Shown here one piece after another: positions 1-10,257 of a stretch of 32,000 nt of DNA. The first letter of the stretch is position 1. Every line of letters starts with the position of its first letter. Position numbers and translations under genes: made by a program. The DNA lies in assembly GCF_000015585.1 (NCBI RefSeq), contig NC_008789.1, positions 90,001 through 122,000 of the forward strand, written 5' to 3'. The notes beneath the pieces were generated by a model, which had not been told where the DNA came from, made no database searches, and was given only the letters and a program-made list of their open reading frames with translations. This DNA comes from Halorhodospira halophila SL1. Its GTDB lineage: Bacteria > Pseudomonadota > Gammaproteobacteria > Nitrococcales > Halorhodospiraceae.

Positions 1-1470
1 CTGTTGCGCATCGGCACGGAAGGCGGTCCACAGCCCCCATGCCATCAGCACCAGGATCAGCGACAGCGGCAATGCTGCAGCGATGGTGACGGTCTGCAGC
101 GCCTGCAGCCCACCGGCGATCAACAGCACGGCCGCCACGGCGCCGGTCATGCTGCTCCAGAAGATCTTCTGCAGCAGAGGCGGATTGGGATTACCGCCGG
201 AAGCCAGTACGTTCATGACCAACGCCCCCGAATCCGCCGAGGTCACGAAGTACCCCACCACGACAGCCGTAGCCAGCGGCACGGTGATGGCAGCGAGGGG
301 CAACGCCTCGAGCATAGCGTAGAGCGCCTGCGGCACACTCTCTTGGACCACCGCGGAGATGCCGGCGCCCGCCTCCTCCAGGTGCAACGCCCCAGCACCG
401 AATGCCGTCAACCAGACGAAGGTGAACAGCGTCGGCACCAGCAGAACACCGAGGATGAACTCCCCCACGGTCCGCCCCCGCGACACCCGGGCGATGAACA
501 TGCCCACGAAGGGGCACCACGAGATCCACCATCCCCAGTAGAAGAGCGTCCAGTCGGCCTGCCAGTCGGGGCTCCGAAAGGCGTCGGTGCGGAAGGTTAG
601 CTCTACGAGGCCGTCCACGTAGTGACCGACGGATTCAAAGAAACCAGCCAGCACCAGCCGGGTCGGGCCGGCAATGAGCACGAACAGCATCAGCGCCGCC
701 CCGAGGAACAGATTCGCGCGGGAGAGCAGCCGGATGCCGTTGTTCAGGCCGCTAACCACCGAGAGGGTCGCCGCGCCCATGATGGCGATGATCAGCCCGA
801 TCTGGTGCGTCAGCGACTCTTCCAGCAACCCGACTCGCGCCAGCCCGGAGTTGACCTGCATCACCCCGAGCCCCAGCGAGGTCGCCACCCCGAGCACCGT
901 CCCGACCACCGCCGCCGTATCCACGGCGTCACCGATGACGCCGTGGATACGCCGCCCGAGCAACGGGTAGAGTGCCGAGCGCAGAGACAGTGGCAGGCCG
1001 TGGCGGTAGGAGAAGAACGCCAGCGATAAAGCAACGGTGATATAGATCGCCCACGGGTGCAGACCCCAGTGGAAGAAGGTGACCTGCAGCGCCTCCAGGG
1101 CCGCATCCGGCGTACCGGGCTCGGCCCGCGGTGGCTCGGCGTAGTGCATCAGCGGCTCGGCGACGCTGTAGAACAGCAGGCCGATGCCCATGCCGGCCGA
1201 GAACAGCATGGCGAACCAGGACAGATAGCTGTACTCGGGGTAGGAGTCCGGCGGCCCAAGACGCAGCCTGCGGAAGTCGGGACGGAGCAGCACCACCAGG
1301 ACGAAGCCCAGCAGGAAGGCGACCACGCCGGTGTAGACCCAGCCCAGCTCCACCGCGATGAACGTCTGCAGCTCGGCGATCCAGTCGCCCACCGCCTCGG
1401 TCCACACCGCGGCGCTGACCACCAACGCCACGACCAGGGCCGCGGCCGGGAGGAAAACCCTAGCGTACAC
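1..1470 (-). CDS. BCCT family (betaine/carnitine/choline-type) transporter. It is partial: the C-terminal end lies beyond the window start.
   Basis: The minus-strand frame is open for 490 codons from GTG at 1470 to the window edge. It is absent from the ORF track because no stop falls in the window. My translation gives SWFAMLFSAGMGIGLLFY and the BCCT signature-like FYWGWWISWCPFVGMFIARVSRGRTVGEF, and is multi-TM hydrophobic throughout. The exact start is uncertain (GTG 1470 versus GTG 1500). Confidence 0.85.
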   Translation of the reverse strand, partial: MYARVFLPAAALVVALVVSAAVWTEAVGDWIAELQTFIAVELGWVYTGVVAFLLGFVLVVLLRPDFRRLRLGPPDSYPEYSYLSWFAMLFSAGMGIGLLFYSVAEPLMHYAEPPRAEPGTPDAALEALQVTFFHWGLHPWAIYITVALSLAFFSYRHGLPLSLRSALYPLLGRRIHGVIGDAVDTAAVVGTVLGVATSLGLGVMQVNSGLARVGLLEESLTHQIGLIIAIMGAATLSVVSGLNNGIRLLSRANLFLGAALMLFVLIAGPTRLVLAGFFESVGHYVDGLVELTFRTDAFRSPDWQADWTLFYWGWWISWCPFVGMFIARVSRGRTVGEFILGVLLVPTLFTFVWLTAFGAGALHLEEAGAGISAVVQESVPQALYAMLEALPLAAITVPLATAVVVGYFVTSADSGALVMNVLASGGNPNPPLLQKIFWSSMTGAVAAVLLIAGGLQALQTVTIAAALPLSLILVLMAWGLWTAFRADAQQ

Positions 1471-1496
1471 CCCGCCCCCGTGAGGTCTGCGCCCCG

Positions 1497-3020
<1,524 letters not shown>

Positions 3021-3201
3021 GGTTCGACTCCTTCCACTGTGGGCTCTGGTGGAGCCACCGACCGGGCCGTTGCCCCGATCATCGCTACCCAGCGCACGAT
3101 TGCAAAGAGGTCCGTGTGACTTTGCCGCTGATCTTCGCTTTCTTGGTAGGGTGCATGGGACGGGCACCTACTGCCGACGGCGCAACCAAGGAGAGAGCTG
3201 G
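3021..3201. promoter_or_regulatory. Divergent glpK/glpD control region
   Basis: This 181-nt gap lies between divergent start codons, so both promoters must lie here. It contains the inverted repeat GCAAAG-N12-CTTTGC (3102-3125). No operator consensus was recognised. Confidence 0.45.
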
Positions 3202-4839
3202 ATGAGCGGACGGACCCCCACGGGCCTGGAGCACCCCTACGACCTGATCGTCATCGGTGCCGGCATCAACGGCGCTGGCATCGCGCGGGATGCCGCACTG
3301 CGCGGGCTCCGGGTGCTGGTCCTGGAGCAGGACGACATTGGGGGCGCCACCTCCGCCTGGAACAGCCGCCTCGTCCACGGTGGGCTGCGCTATCTCGAAC
3401 ACGCCGAGATCGGGCTGGTTCGCGAGTCCCTGCGCGATCGCGAGATCCTGCTGCGCACCGCTTCTCACCTGGTCACCCCCCTGCCCCTGCTCATCCCGCT
3501 CTACGCCGGCCAGCGGCGAGGTCCCGGCCTGGTTCGCATGGGCATGCTCGCCTACGATCTGCTCTCCTTGGAGAAGAGCCTACCCTGGCACCGGATGTAT
3601 GACCGTGCCACGCTTCGCGCGATCGAGCCCAGTCTGGCCTCGGAAGGCCTGCTCGGGGCCGCCCGTTACTACGACGCCCAGGCCACCTTTCCCGAGCGCC
3701 TGACCCTGGAGAATCTGCTCTGCGCCCGCGCGAACGGCGCCACGGTCTACACCCACGCCCGGGCCCGCCGCGTGCATCGCACAGCAGAGGGCGGAGACGT
3801 CACCGGGGTAGAGATCGAGGATCGCCTCACTGGCAAGACCAGCCACGCCCGCAGCGGATCGGTGATCAATGTCGCCGGCCCCTGGGTCGATCACCTCCTC
3901 GGCGCCACGGCCGCGGTTTTCCCGCGCCGCATCGGCGGAACCAAGGGGACCCATATCGTCGTGCCCCCGTTCCCCGGGGCTCCGGGTCACGCACTCTACG
4001 CCGAGGCCGCGCAGGATGGCCGTCCCTACTTCACCCTGCCCTGGAATGGCCTCTACCTCATCGGCACCACGGACACCCGCTACGACGGGGACCCCGGTGC
4101 GGCGGAAGCGACCGAGGGGGAGATCCGGTACCTGCTGGAGGAGACCAATCGCCTCATCCCGGGCGCCGGGCTCACCCGCGATCAGGTCCTTTATGCGTAC
4201 AGCGGCGTTCGCCCGCTGCCCTACGTGGCCGCCGGGGATACCGGGGCGATCACCCGGCGCCATCTGATCGTCGACCACCGCGACCACGCCCCCGGGCTGT
4301 GGTCGGTGATCGGCGGCAAACTCACCACCTACCGCCACTTGGCCGAAGAGGCGATCGAACGGATCGGCCGAAGCCGCGGCTGGCCGCTGCCGCCCTGCCC
4401 GACCCGGCACCGCCGCTTGCCGGGGGCCGAGATCCCGGACCTGGAGACCTTCGGCCGCCGCTTCGCCGCCGCCAACGGCCTGACCCCGGCCCTGGCGAAA
4501 CGGCTGGTGGGTCTCTACGGGGTGAACGCCGAAGCGATCGCCGAGCGCATGGCCGACGATCCTCGACTGCGGGAGGTCTTCAGTCCGCAGACCGGGGCTG
4601 TCGCTGCCGAGCTGATCCACGCCTTCGAGGCGGAGATGGCCGAAACCCTCACCGACGCCCTGATGCGCCGCACCATGGTGGGGCTGGGGCCGTCTGCGGG
4701 GCTGGATGCCGTGGAGGAAGCGGCCCGCATCGCGGGCGAATGGCTGGGGTGGGATCGGGCCCGCGAGGCGGCCGAGGTCGAAGGGTTTCGGGCCTACATC
4801 GCCCGCCTGCACCCGGGTGTCGCACCCTCGACGGGCTAA
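3202..4839 (+). CDS. glpD: FAD-dependent glycerol-3-phosphate dehydrogenase
   Basis: The N-terminus contains the dinucleotide-binding motif DLIVIGAGINGAGIARDAALRG, and the length is about 545 aa. ATG at 3202 is preceded by AAGGAGAGAG. The gene is divergent from glpK. Confidence 0.92.
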   Translation: MSGRTPTGLEHPYDLIVIGAGINGAGIARDAALRGLRVLVLEQDDIGGATSAWNSRLVHGGLRYLEHAEIGLVRESLRDREILLRTASHLVTPLPLLIPLYAGQRRGPGLVRMGMLAYDLLSLEKSLPWHRMYDRATLRAIEPSLASEGLLGAARYYDAQATFPERLTLENLLCARANGATVYTHARARRVHRTAEGGDVTGVEIEDRLTGKTSHARSGSVINVAGPWVDHLLGATAAVFPRRIGGTKGTHIVVPPFPGAPGHALYAEAAQDGRPYFTLPWNGLYLIGTTDTRYDGDPGAAEATEGEIRYLLEETNRLIPGAGLTRDQVLYAYSGVRPLPYVAAGDTGAITRRHLIVDHRDHAPGLWSVIGGKLTTYRHLAEEAIERIGRSRGWPLPPCPTRHRRLPGAEIPDLETFGRRFAAANGLTPALAKRLVGLYGVNAEAIAERMADDPRLREVFSPQTGAVAAELIHAFEAEMAETLTDALMRRTMVGLGPSAGLDAVEEAARIAGEWLGWDRAREAAEVEGFRAYIARLHPGVAPSTG

Positions 4840-5159
4840 CGCGCAGGGCCCGGCCGGTCGGCCTCCTGCCCCGGGGCGCGCTGCTGAAGCCGCCGGGCCC
4901 GGATGCGGAGCACAGTCCAGACGATAGAGAGCGCGGCGGCCGGCAGGGCGAGCCAGCGCAGCGCCTCATGCAGCGGCAGCTCGTCCGCCACGTTCCACCC
5001 TGGGGCGTAGAGGCGCGCCGCCACCGAGGCACTCAGCAGGGTAAAGGTAAGGACCGTGGCGGCGTAGTAAGGCTCACGCCGGCGCACGCCAGCCGCCCCG
5101 AAGGCGGCGACGTGGGCCAGAAAGATCAGCAGCAGTGCGGTCAACCCGTGATCGGACAT
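4836..5159 (-). CDS. Small hypothetical membrane protein (107 aa, about 3 predicted TM segments)
   Basis: ATG at 5157-5159 is preceded by GAAGGGA. The protein has hydrophobic segments (LTALLLIFLAHVAAFGAAG, YYAATVLTFTLLSASVAA, WLALPAAALSIVWTVL) and high third-position GC. I recognised no family. Confidence 0.5.
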   Translation of the reverse strand: MSDHGLTALLLIFLAHVAAFGAAGVRRREPYYAATVLTFTLLSASVAARLYAPGWNVADELPLHEALRWLALPAAALSIVWTVLRIRARRLQQRAPGQEADRPGPAR

Positions 5160-5268
5160 GGCAGCGCGTCCCTTCTCGCTGAAACCGACGGAGCGGTGCC
5201 CATCATAGCCCGGCCCACCCGGCCCCGACCACGCCCTACCCAGGCCACTGCATCGAGGCAAAGACCGA

Positions 5269-5955
5269 TCAGTCGCCTTCGGCCCCTGGCTCGAAGTCCA
5301 GCTCGGCCAGCTCGCCGAGCACCGCACTGGCGATGTTGGTCAGATGGGCGGCCACGCGCTTGTAATGGCGTGCCAGCAGCGAGTACGCCACGGCCTCGTG
5401 GAATTCGATCTCGCCCTCGTCCTCGAACAGCTCCTCGATAAGCTGATCACAGCGCCGCTGGATCTCCCGCGCCTGATCCCGCCGGGCTCGGGCCGCTTCT
5501 TGCTGATCCGGATCCCGACAGGCGAACGCCAGGGTCCGGAAGATGCCGCCCAGCTCGCCCTCAATCTCCTCGAGGGGCTGGTGGTACTTGGCGACGTGGA
5601 ACCCCCGGGTATAAAAGCGCCCGATCTCGAAGACGTTCTTACAGTAATCACCGATCCGTTCCGCGTCCCGGGAGACACTGAGCAGCGCCAGACAAACGGG
5701 CACATCGTAGCCCGGGTTCACCGTCAGGTGGCGGAGGAGCTTGCGGCGGACGGAGCGCTCGCGGGCGTTGATTCGGCGATCGCGCTCGTAGATCGCCTCC
5801 TCGGCCTGCTCGGCGCTGACGCGGCTGTGCAGAACCTCGTTGGCACGCTCAAACATCCACGCCCCGTCCTCAAGCATGGCCTCGAGCTCCACAAAGGCGC
5901 GGTCGATGGCCGTCTCTTTGGCAAAGGCACTCAGGATCTCGCGGAACATCGCCAT
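5269..5955 (-). CDS. PhoU-domain protein (PhoU-like partner of the Na/Pi cotransporter)
   Basis: There are two PhoU-type helical repeats with the D/E-x-x-x-D-like motifs SRDAERIGDYCKNV and ARHYKRVAAHLTNI. The gene starts 15 nt downstream of the Na/Pi transporter stop. The start may instead be the second ATG at 5949, which has better SD spacing. Confidence 0.82.
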   Translation of the reverse strand: MAMFREILSAFAKETAIDRAFVELEAMLEDGAWMFERANEVLHSRVSAEQAEEAIYERDRRINARERSVRRKLLRHLTVNPGYDVPVCLALLSVSRDAERIGDYCKNVFEIGRFYTRGFHVAKYHQPLEEIEGELGGIFRTLAFACRDPDQQEAARARRDQAREIQRRCDQLIEELFEDEGEIEFHEAVAYSLLARHYKRVAAHLTNIASAVLGELAELDFEPGAEGD

Positions 5956-5970
5956 CTCCGATGGGGGCGT

Positions 5971-7173
5971 TTATCGGTGCATGAGCAGCAACTCGGTGAC
6001 CGCCAGGCCGAGGAGCGGCAGCACCAAGAATACCAAGAACAGGAACAGGAACGCGTACGGCATGCTGCGCCCGGCCAGACGGCCGTACCAGCTGGCCATG
6101 CGGATGGGCACATAGCGTAGCGGGTACCAAATGGCCGTGCCCAGCAGATTGAACAGCACATGCACAAACGCCACGGTCAGCGCGGCCGATACCGGGTTGG
6201 CGGTTGCTGCCAGTACGCTGGTCGCCGTGGTGCCCAGGTTCGACCCCATCATAAAGGGCAGTACCCGCCGCATCGGCACCACGCCGGCCCCGGCCAGGGG
6301 CACCATCAAGCTGGTGGTAATGGTACTCGACTGGACCATCACGGTGGAGACTGCCCCAATCCCGTAGGAGCGCGGATCGGTGCGGAAGAAGTAGCTGCGG
6401 AACAGCCCGTCCATGTGCCGCAGCAACGCCCCGCGAAGGTTCTTCACCATGAGCACCAGGGCGACGAACATCAGCACCAAGCCGCCGGCGGCCACCAGCA
6501 GCCCCTCGGCGATCTCCGTCGACGCCAGCGTACCCCCCCCCGACTCGAACAGCCCGACGATGGGTGCGGTCACCACCCCCACCGGACTATCCGGCCGGGC
6601 TACCTCCGGGAGTCCGACCAGATTGGCGAGCCAGGCAGCCGCCTGGGTGATCACCCCCCGCCCGCTCTCGGCGATCGCCGAGGTGATCCACTCCAGGGGG
6701 AAGAGCACGGCCACGGTCAGGATGTTGAAGAAGTCGTGCAGGAGGGCGGCGGTGAACGAACGCCGGAAGGTCCGCCGGATGCGCATGTTGGCCAGCGCCA
6801 CGAGGATGGCGGTGACCGAGGTGCCGATGTTCGCTCCCATGATGGCGAACACCGCCGTACCCAGCGTCATCTCGCCGGTCGCCACCAGGGTGACGATCAG
6901 CGCCGTGGTGAACGAGGAACTCTGCACGATGGCCGTAACCAGCACGGCACCGAGCAGCGCGATGAAGGGGTTCTCGCCGTATTCGAAGGCCCGGACCAGG
7001 AAGTCGCTGGCCTCCCCGAAGGTCCCAAGTCCGGAACCGATGACGTTCAGCGCGGCCAGGAAGAGGTACAGACAGAGCCCGGCATAGACTCCGCGCAGCC
7101 AGGCCGGCACCTCCCGCTGCCGGACCGCTGCCGAGTCCGCCCCGGCAGCGGAGGCTGTTTTGCCTTGTGCCAT
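5971..7173 (-). CDS. Na+/phosphate cotransporter family protein (NptA / Na_Pi_cotrans type)
   Basis: The polytopic membrane protein has the duplicated QSSS motif regions (VTAIVQSSSFTTALIV and STVMVQSSTITTSLMV) characteristic of the family. I prefer ATG at 7173 over the TTG at 7212 used by the track. Confidence 0.87.
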   Translation of the reverse strand: MAQGKTASAAGADSAAVRQREVPAWLRGVYAGLCLYLFLAALNVIGSGLGTFGEASDFLVRAFEYGENPFIALLGAVLVTAIVQSSSFTTALIVTLVATGEMTLGTAVFAIMGANIGTSVTAILVALANMRIRRTFRRSFTAALLHDFFNILTVAVLFPLEWITSAIAESGRGVITQAAAWLANLVGLPEVARPDSPVGVVTAPIVGLFESGGGTLASTEIAEGLLVAAGGLVLMFVALVLMVKNLRGALLRHMDGLFRSYFFRTDPRSYGIGAVSTVMVQSSTITTSLMVPLAGAGVVPMRRVLPFMMGSNLGTTATSVLAATANPVSAALTVAFVHVLFNLLGTAIWYPLRYVPIRMASWYGRLAGRSMPYAFLFLFLVFLVLPLLGLAVTELLLMHR

Positions 7174-7194
7174 CAGCAGGTCGCCCCTGTAACC

Positions 7195-7212
7195 ATGACA
7201 GTCGCCCGACAA
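7195..7212 (-). promoter_or_regulatory. Pho-box-like site (proximal) upstream of the Na/Pi cotransporter
   Basis: The minus strand reads TTGTCGG-GCGA-CTGTCAT. The 3' heptamer is identical to the E. coli Pho-box heptamer CTGTCAT. The site shares the exact 10-mer GACTGTCATG with the site at 7263-7280. Confidence 0.4.
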
Positions 7213-7262
7213 GCACCGAGAAACCCCGCGGCCGGACGGGGCGTAAGCTGCCCACCCGGCTC

Positions 7263-7280
7263 ATGACAGTCAAGTTACAA
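7263..7280 (-). promoter_or_regulatory. Pho-box-like site (distal) upstream of the Na/Pi cotransporter
   Basis: The minus strand reads TTGTAAC-TTGA-CTGTCAT, a 7+4+7 architecture with a perfect CTGTCAT second heptamer. Confidence 0.4.
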
Positions 7281-7321
7281 TTTCATTGCAGCCAATAACG
7301 CCGCCTTGGGGCGACCGCTCC

Positions 7322-7759
7322 TCAGTTCCCCGGGCGCACCCACGCCGTGATCCCCACCATCCGCTCGATCCGCACTCGATCACCCGGCCGCAGCTCCTGC
7401 CCCTCCGCCCCGCGAGCCGGAAAAACCTCGTCATCCACCAGTACACCGACCCCTCGCCCCCGCTGGACCAGGACCCCGTACCGCCCGGCATAGGCATCGG
7501 CCGGAGCCACCATGCGATGGGCGTAGGCGCCAGCGAACCGCTGTGCCAGGCGGTAACCCGCCGGCAGGAGGAGTAGCGTCGTAAGGAGATAGATCAAAAC
7601 CTGATGGGAGACGGCCAGATCTGTCTTCATCGACGTCACCAAGGCCAGCACGAAGGCAGCCACAGCCAGGTCCAGCAGGAACAGGTGGCCACCGAAGATC
7701 GCTGCGGCCACCAGCAGCAGGATTCCGCTGGCCAGCCACACCCAGGATGGATCGAACAT
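7322..7759 (-). CDS. NfeD family membrane protein (short YbbJ-like form)
   Basis: The N-terminal half is hydrophobic and the C-terminus is a soluble OB-like domain (GVLVDDEVFPARGAEGQELRPGDRVRIERMVGITAWV). ATG at 7759 is preceded by GGAGG. Confidence 0.68.
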   Translation of the reverse strand: MFDPSWVWLASGILLLVAAAIFGGHLFLLDLAVAAFVLALVTSMKTDLAVSHQVLIYLLTTLLLLPAGYRLAQRFAGAYAHRMVAPADAYAGRYGVLVQRGRGVGVLVDDEVFPARGAEGQELRPGDRVRIERMVGITAWVRPGN

Positions 7760-7971
7760 GCACACCTCCGCCTCGGGGGCTATCCCCAGTCTAATCCACA
7801 AAAACTGTGGAAGGTCCTGTGGAAAACTTCGCGTCGGCCCACTGCCCCGCGAGCAAGCGAGAAGTGATTAATTTCTGATCAGCTAGCCGAGCCCGCCCCG
7901 GGTTACGGTATCCTGATCGGTCGAAGCCTGGATGCCGAATCTCCGTTCTAGCTCATCAACAAAGGTCCTCG

Positions 7972-9594
7972 ATGCGATTGATCGGCCCCCTGTCCACTGT
8001 CGGCCTGCTACTCGGCACGCTCTTCTTCGCCTTCTCGCTCACGCCGAGCCTGGTTCCCAGGCCTTTCGCCTTTCAGGGCGTCCTCTCCGGCCTCTCGCTG
8101 ACCGCCGGATACGCCATCGGTGCGGGGCTGAGCACACTGTGGCATTACCTTCAGCTACCGGAACTGCGTGGACGGCTCGAGCGGATCGTGCGCTGGCTGG
8201 CCGTAGCCGGCTGCGCCCTGGTTGCGGTGATCTTCATGTGGCGAGCTGCGGGCTGGCAGGATGCGGTGCGCGCGCAGATGGAACTGGAACCGGCCGGCGG
8301 ACTGCCGCCAGTCGGTGCTGCCCTGGTCGCCCTGTTGGTCTTTGCGGCCGCTCTACTTCTGGCGCGACTCTTTCGGGGAACCTTCCGCTTCCTCTCGCTG
8401 CGCCTGCAGCGTTACATCCCGCCGCGGGTGTCGCACCTGGCGGGGATCGTCGTCGCGGTCGGCCTGTTCTGGGCTGTGATCGACGGCGTGCTGTTCACCA
8501 TGGCCCTGCGTGCCGCCGACAGCTCCTATCAGCAGGTGGACGCCCTGATCGAGGCCGATCAGGAGCGCCCGAGCGAACCCGAGCGCGCCGGCAGCCCCGA
8601 CTCGGTGGTCGCCTGGCGAGATCTCGGACGCCAAGGGCGAAGCTTCGTCTCCTCCGGGCCCACAGCCACGGAACTGAAGGCGTTCCTCGGCGAGCCGGCG
8701 CCGACACCGATCCGCATCTACATCGGCCTGAACGCCGCCGAGACGCCGGAAGAGCGCGCCCAGCTCGCCATGGACGAACTCCACCGCACCGACGCCTTCG
8801 ACCGCTCGGTACTGGTCCTCGCCACTCCCACTGGCACCGGGTGGATCGACCCTGCGGCGGCCGACCCAGTGGAGTATCTCCATCGCGGGGACATCGCCAC
8901 GGTGACCGCTCAATACTCGTATCTGCCCAGTCCTCTGGCGCTGATGGTCGAAGGCAGCTATGGGGCCGAGATGGCCCGAGCCCTGTTCGAGGCGGTCTAC
9001 GGCCACTGGCAGACCCTGCCCGAGGACGAGCGTCCGGCTCTCTACCTGCACGGCCTGAGTCTCGGGGCCCTGAACTCGGATCGGGCCTTTGATGTCTTCG
9101 ACATCATCCAAGACCCCTTCGATGGCGCGCTATGGAGTGGCCCCCCATTCCGCAGTGAGACCTGGCGGACCGTCACCCAACGCCGTGATGCCGGATCCCC
9201 TGCCTGGCTGCCGGAATTCCGCGAAGGCGAGGTGGTGCGCTTCATGAATCAAGAGACCGGCCTCGACGCTGCCAACGGCGACTGGGGTACGTTCCGGCTC
9301 GCCTTCCTGCAGTACGCCAGCGATCCCATCACGTTCTTCAGCCCGAGCATCCTCTACCGGGAGCCGGACTGGATGGCCGAGCCACGGGGCCCTGACGTCA
9401 CCTCGGAACTGCGCTGGTACCCGGTCGTGACCATGCTGCAGCTGGCTGCCGACATGGCGGCTGGCGGCGCTCCGCCCGGGTACGGCCACACCTACGCCGC
9501 GGAGGACTACATCGACGCCTGGGTTGCGCTGACCGAACCAGACGACTGGAGCCGCGACGACCTAAAGCGGCTACGCCAGGCGTTCAGACGCTGA
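7972..9594 (+). CDS. Membrane-anchored alpha/beta-hydrolase family protein of unknown function (Abhydrolase_9-like)
   Basis: About 160 N-terminal residues contain 4 or more TM helices, followed by a soluble domain with the nucleophile elbow G-L-S-L-G (LYLHGLSLGAL). The overall layout matches the 'alpha/beta-hydrolase family, N-terminal TM' proteins. Confidence 0.78.
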   Translation: MRLIGPLSTVGLLLGTLFFAFSLTPSLVPRPFAFQGVLSGLSLTAGYAIGAGLSTLWHYLQLPELRGRLERIVRWLAVAGCALVAVIFMWRAAGWQDAVRAQMELEPAGGLPPVGAALVALLVFAAALLLARLFRGTFRFLSLRLQRYIPPRVSHLAGIVVAVGLFWAVIDGVLFTMALRAADSSYQQVDALIEADQERPSEPERAGSPDSVVAWRDLGRQGRSFVSSGPTATELKAFLGEPAPTPIRIYIGLNAAETPEERAQLAMDELHRTDAFDRSVLVLATPTGTGWIDPAAADPVEYLHRGDIATVTAQYSYLPSPLALMVEGSYGAEMARALFEAVYGHWQTLPEDERPALYLHGLSLGALNSDRAFDVFDIIQDPFDGALWSGPPFRSETWRTVTQRRDAGSPAWLPEFREGEVVRFMNQETGLDAANGDWGTFRLAFLQYASDPITFFSPSILYREPDWMAEPRGPDVTSELRWYPVVTMLQLAADMAAGGAPPGYGHTYAAEDYIDAWVALTEPDDWSRDDLKRLRQAFRR

Positions 9595-9697
9595 GGGGGT
9601 TGTCAGGGAACCGTACCCATGGTGATTCGGTCCACTTGCCAAACAGGCCTGGATCGCCTTTCAATGATCATTGTCGAATACGTTAGAGAGGATACCT

Positions 9698-10210
9698 ATG
9701 CTCAAACGCATCCTGATCCCGCTGGCCATCGCGGTCCCCGTGCTGGGGCTGCTTTACGTCGGCCTGGGGATGGACTCGAGAGAGCTGCCGTCGCCGCTGG
9801 TCGGTGAACCGGCGCCGGCCTTTGAGCTGGAAGACCTCGACAACTCCGGAGAGACCCTCACCCACGAGGACTTCACGGGTGATGTCGCTGTCGTCCATGT
9901 GTGGAGTTCCACCTGCCCGGTCTGCCATGAGGATTTCCCCCACCTGGAGCGCCTCTCCGAGCACGGGGTCCAGGTCTACGCCTTCAACTATCGGGACGAC
10001 CGCGCGCAGGCGCAGCGGTATCTCCAGGTGCGTGGCAACCCGTACGATCGCATTGCCCACGACCCCGAAGGCGAGGCCGGCATGGAGTGGGGCGTTTACG
10101 CCACGCCCGAGACCTATGTACTGGATAAAGACGGGACCATCACCTACAAGGAGATCGGCCCCCTGGATGAAGAGGTGGTCGAGGAGGAGATCCTCTCGCT
10201 GGTGGACTAG
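9698..10210 (+). CDS. DsbE/CcmG/TlpA-like periplasmic thiol:disulfide oxidoreductase
   Basis: The protein has a signal-anchor, then a thioredoxin fold with the active site W-S-S-T-C-P-V-C and a GVYATPETYVLDKDG motif (compare GVYGxPETF of DsbE). ATG at 9698 is preceded by AGAGAGGA. The gene is not in a ccm operon context. Confidence 0.82.
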   Translation: MLKRILIPLAIAVPVLGLLYVGLGMDSRELPSPLVGEPAPAFELEDLDNSGETLTHEDFTGDVAVVHVWSSTCPVCHEDFPHLERLSEHGVQVYAFNYRDDRAQAQRYLQVRGNPYDRIAHDPEGEAGMEWGVYATPETYVLDKDGTITYKEIGPLDEEVVEEEILSLVD

Positions 10211-10219
10211 CCTGCCAAC

Positions 10220-10251
10220 CCCCGCTGCGCCCGTCGGGGGCCGCAGCGGGG
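10220..10251. terminator. GC-rich hairpin between convergent genes (possible bidirectional terminator)
   Basis: A perfect 10-bp stem, CCCCGCTGCG (10220-10229) / CGCAGCGGGG (10242-10251), encloses a 12-nt loop. There is no clear U-tract on either strand. Confidence 0.45.
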
Positions 10252-10257
10252 CAAAAC

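Noticed and set aside
3580-5441. Long alternative-frame ORFs (3580-4812 minus, 4299-5441 plus, 4649-5032 minus) over glpD and the small membrane ORF.
   Set aside because: They overlap the well-supported glpD frame, and their products are R/G/P-rich low-complexity sequence.
7322-7759. The NfeD-like gene lacks its usual SPFH/stomatin partner.
   Set aside because: The observation is real, but short NfeD homologues are sometimes unlinked from SPFH genes, and the family call itself is only moderate confidence. It is not strong enough to flag.
7932-9092. A 386-aa plus-strand ORF in another frame of the alpha/beta-hydrolase gene.
   Set aside because: The 7972-9594 frame has the TM helices and the GxSxG motif, whereas this frame is Arg-rich low-complexity.
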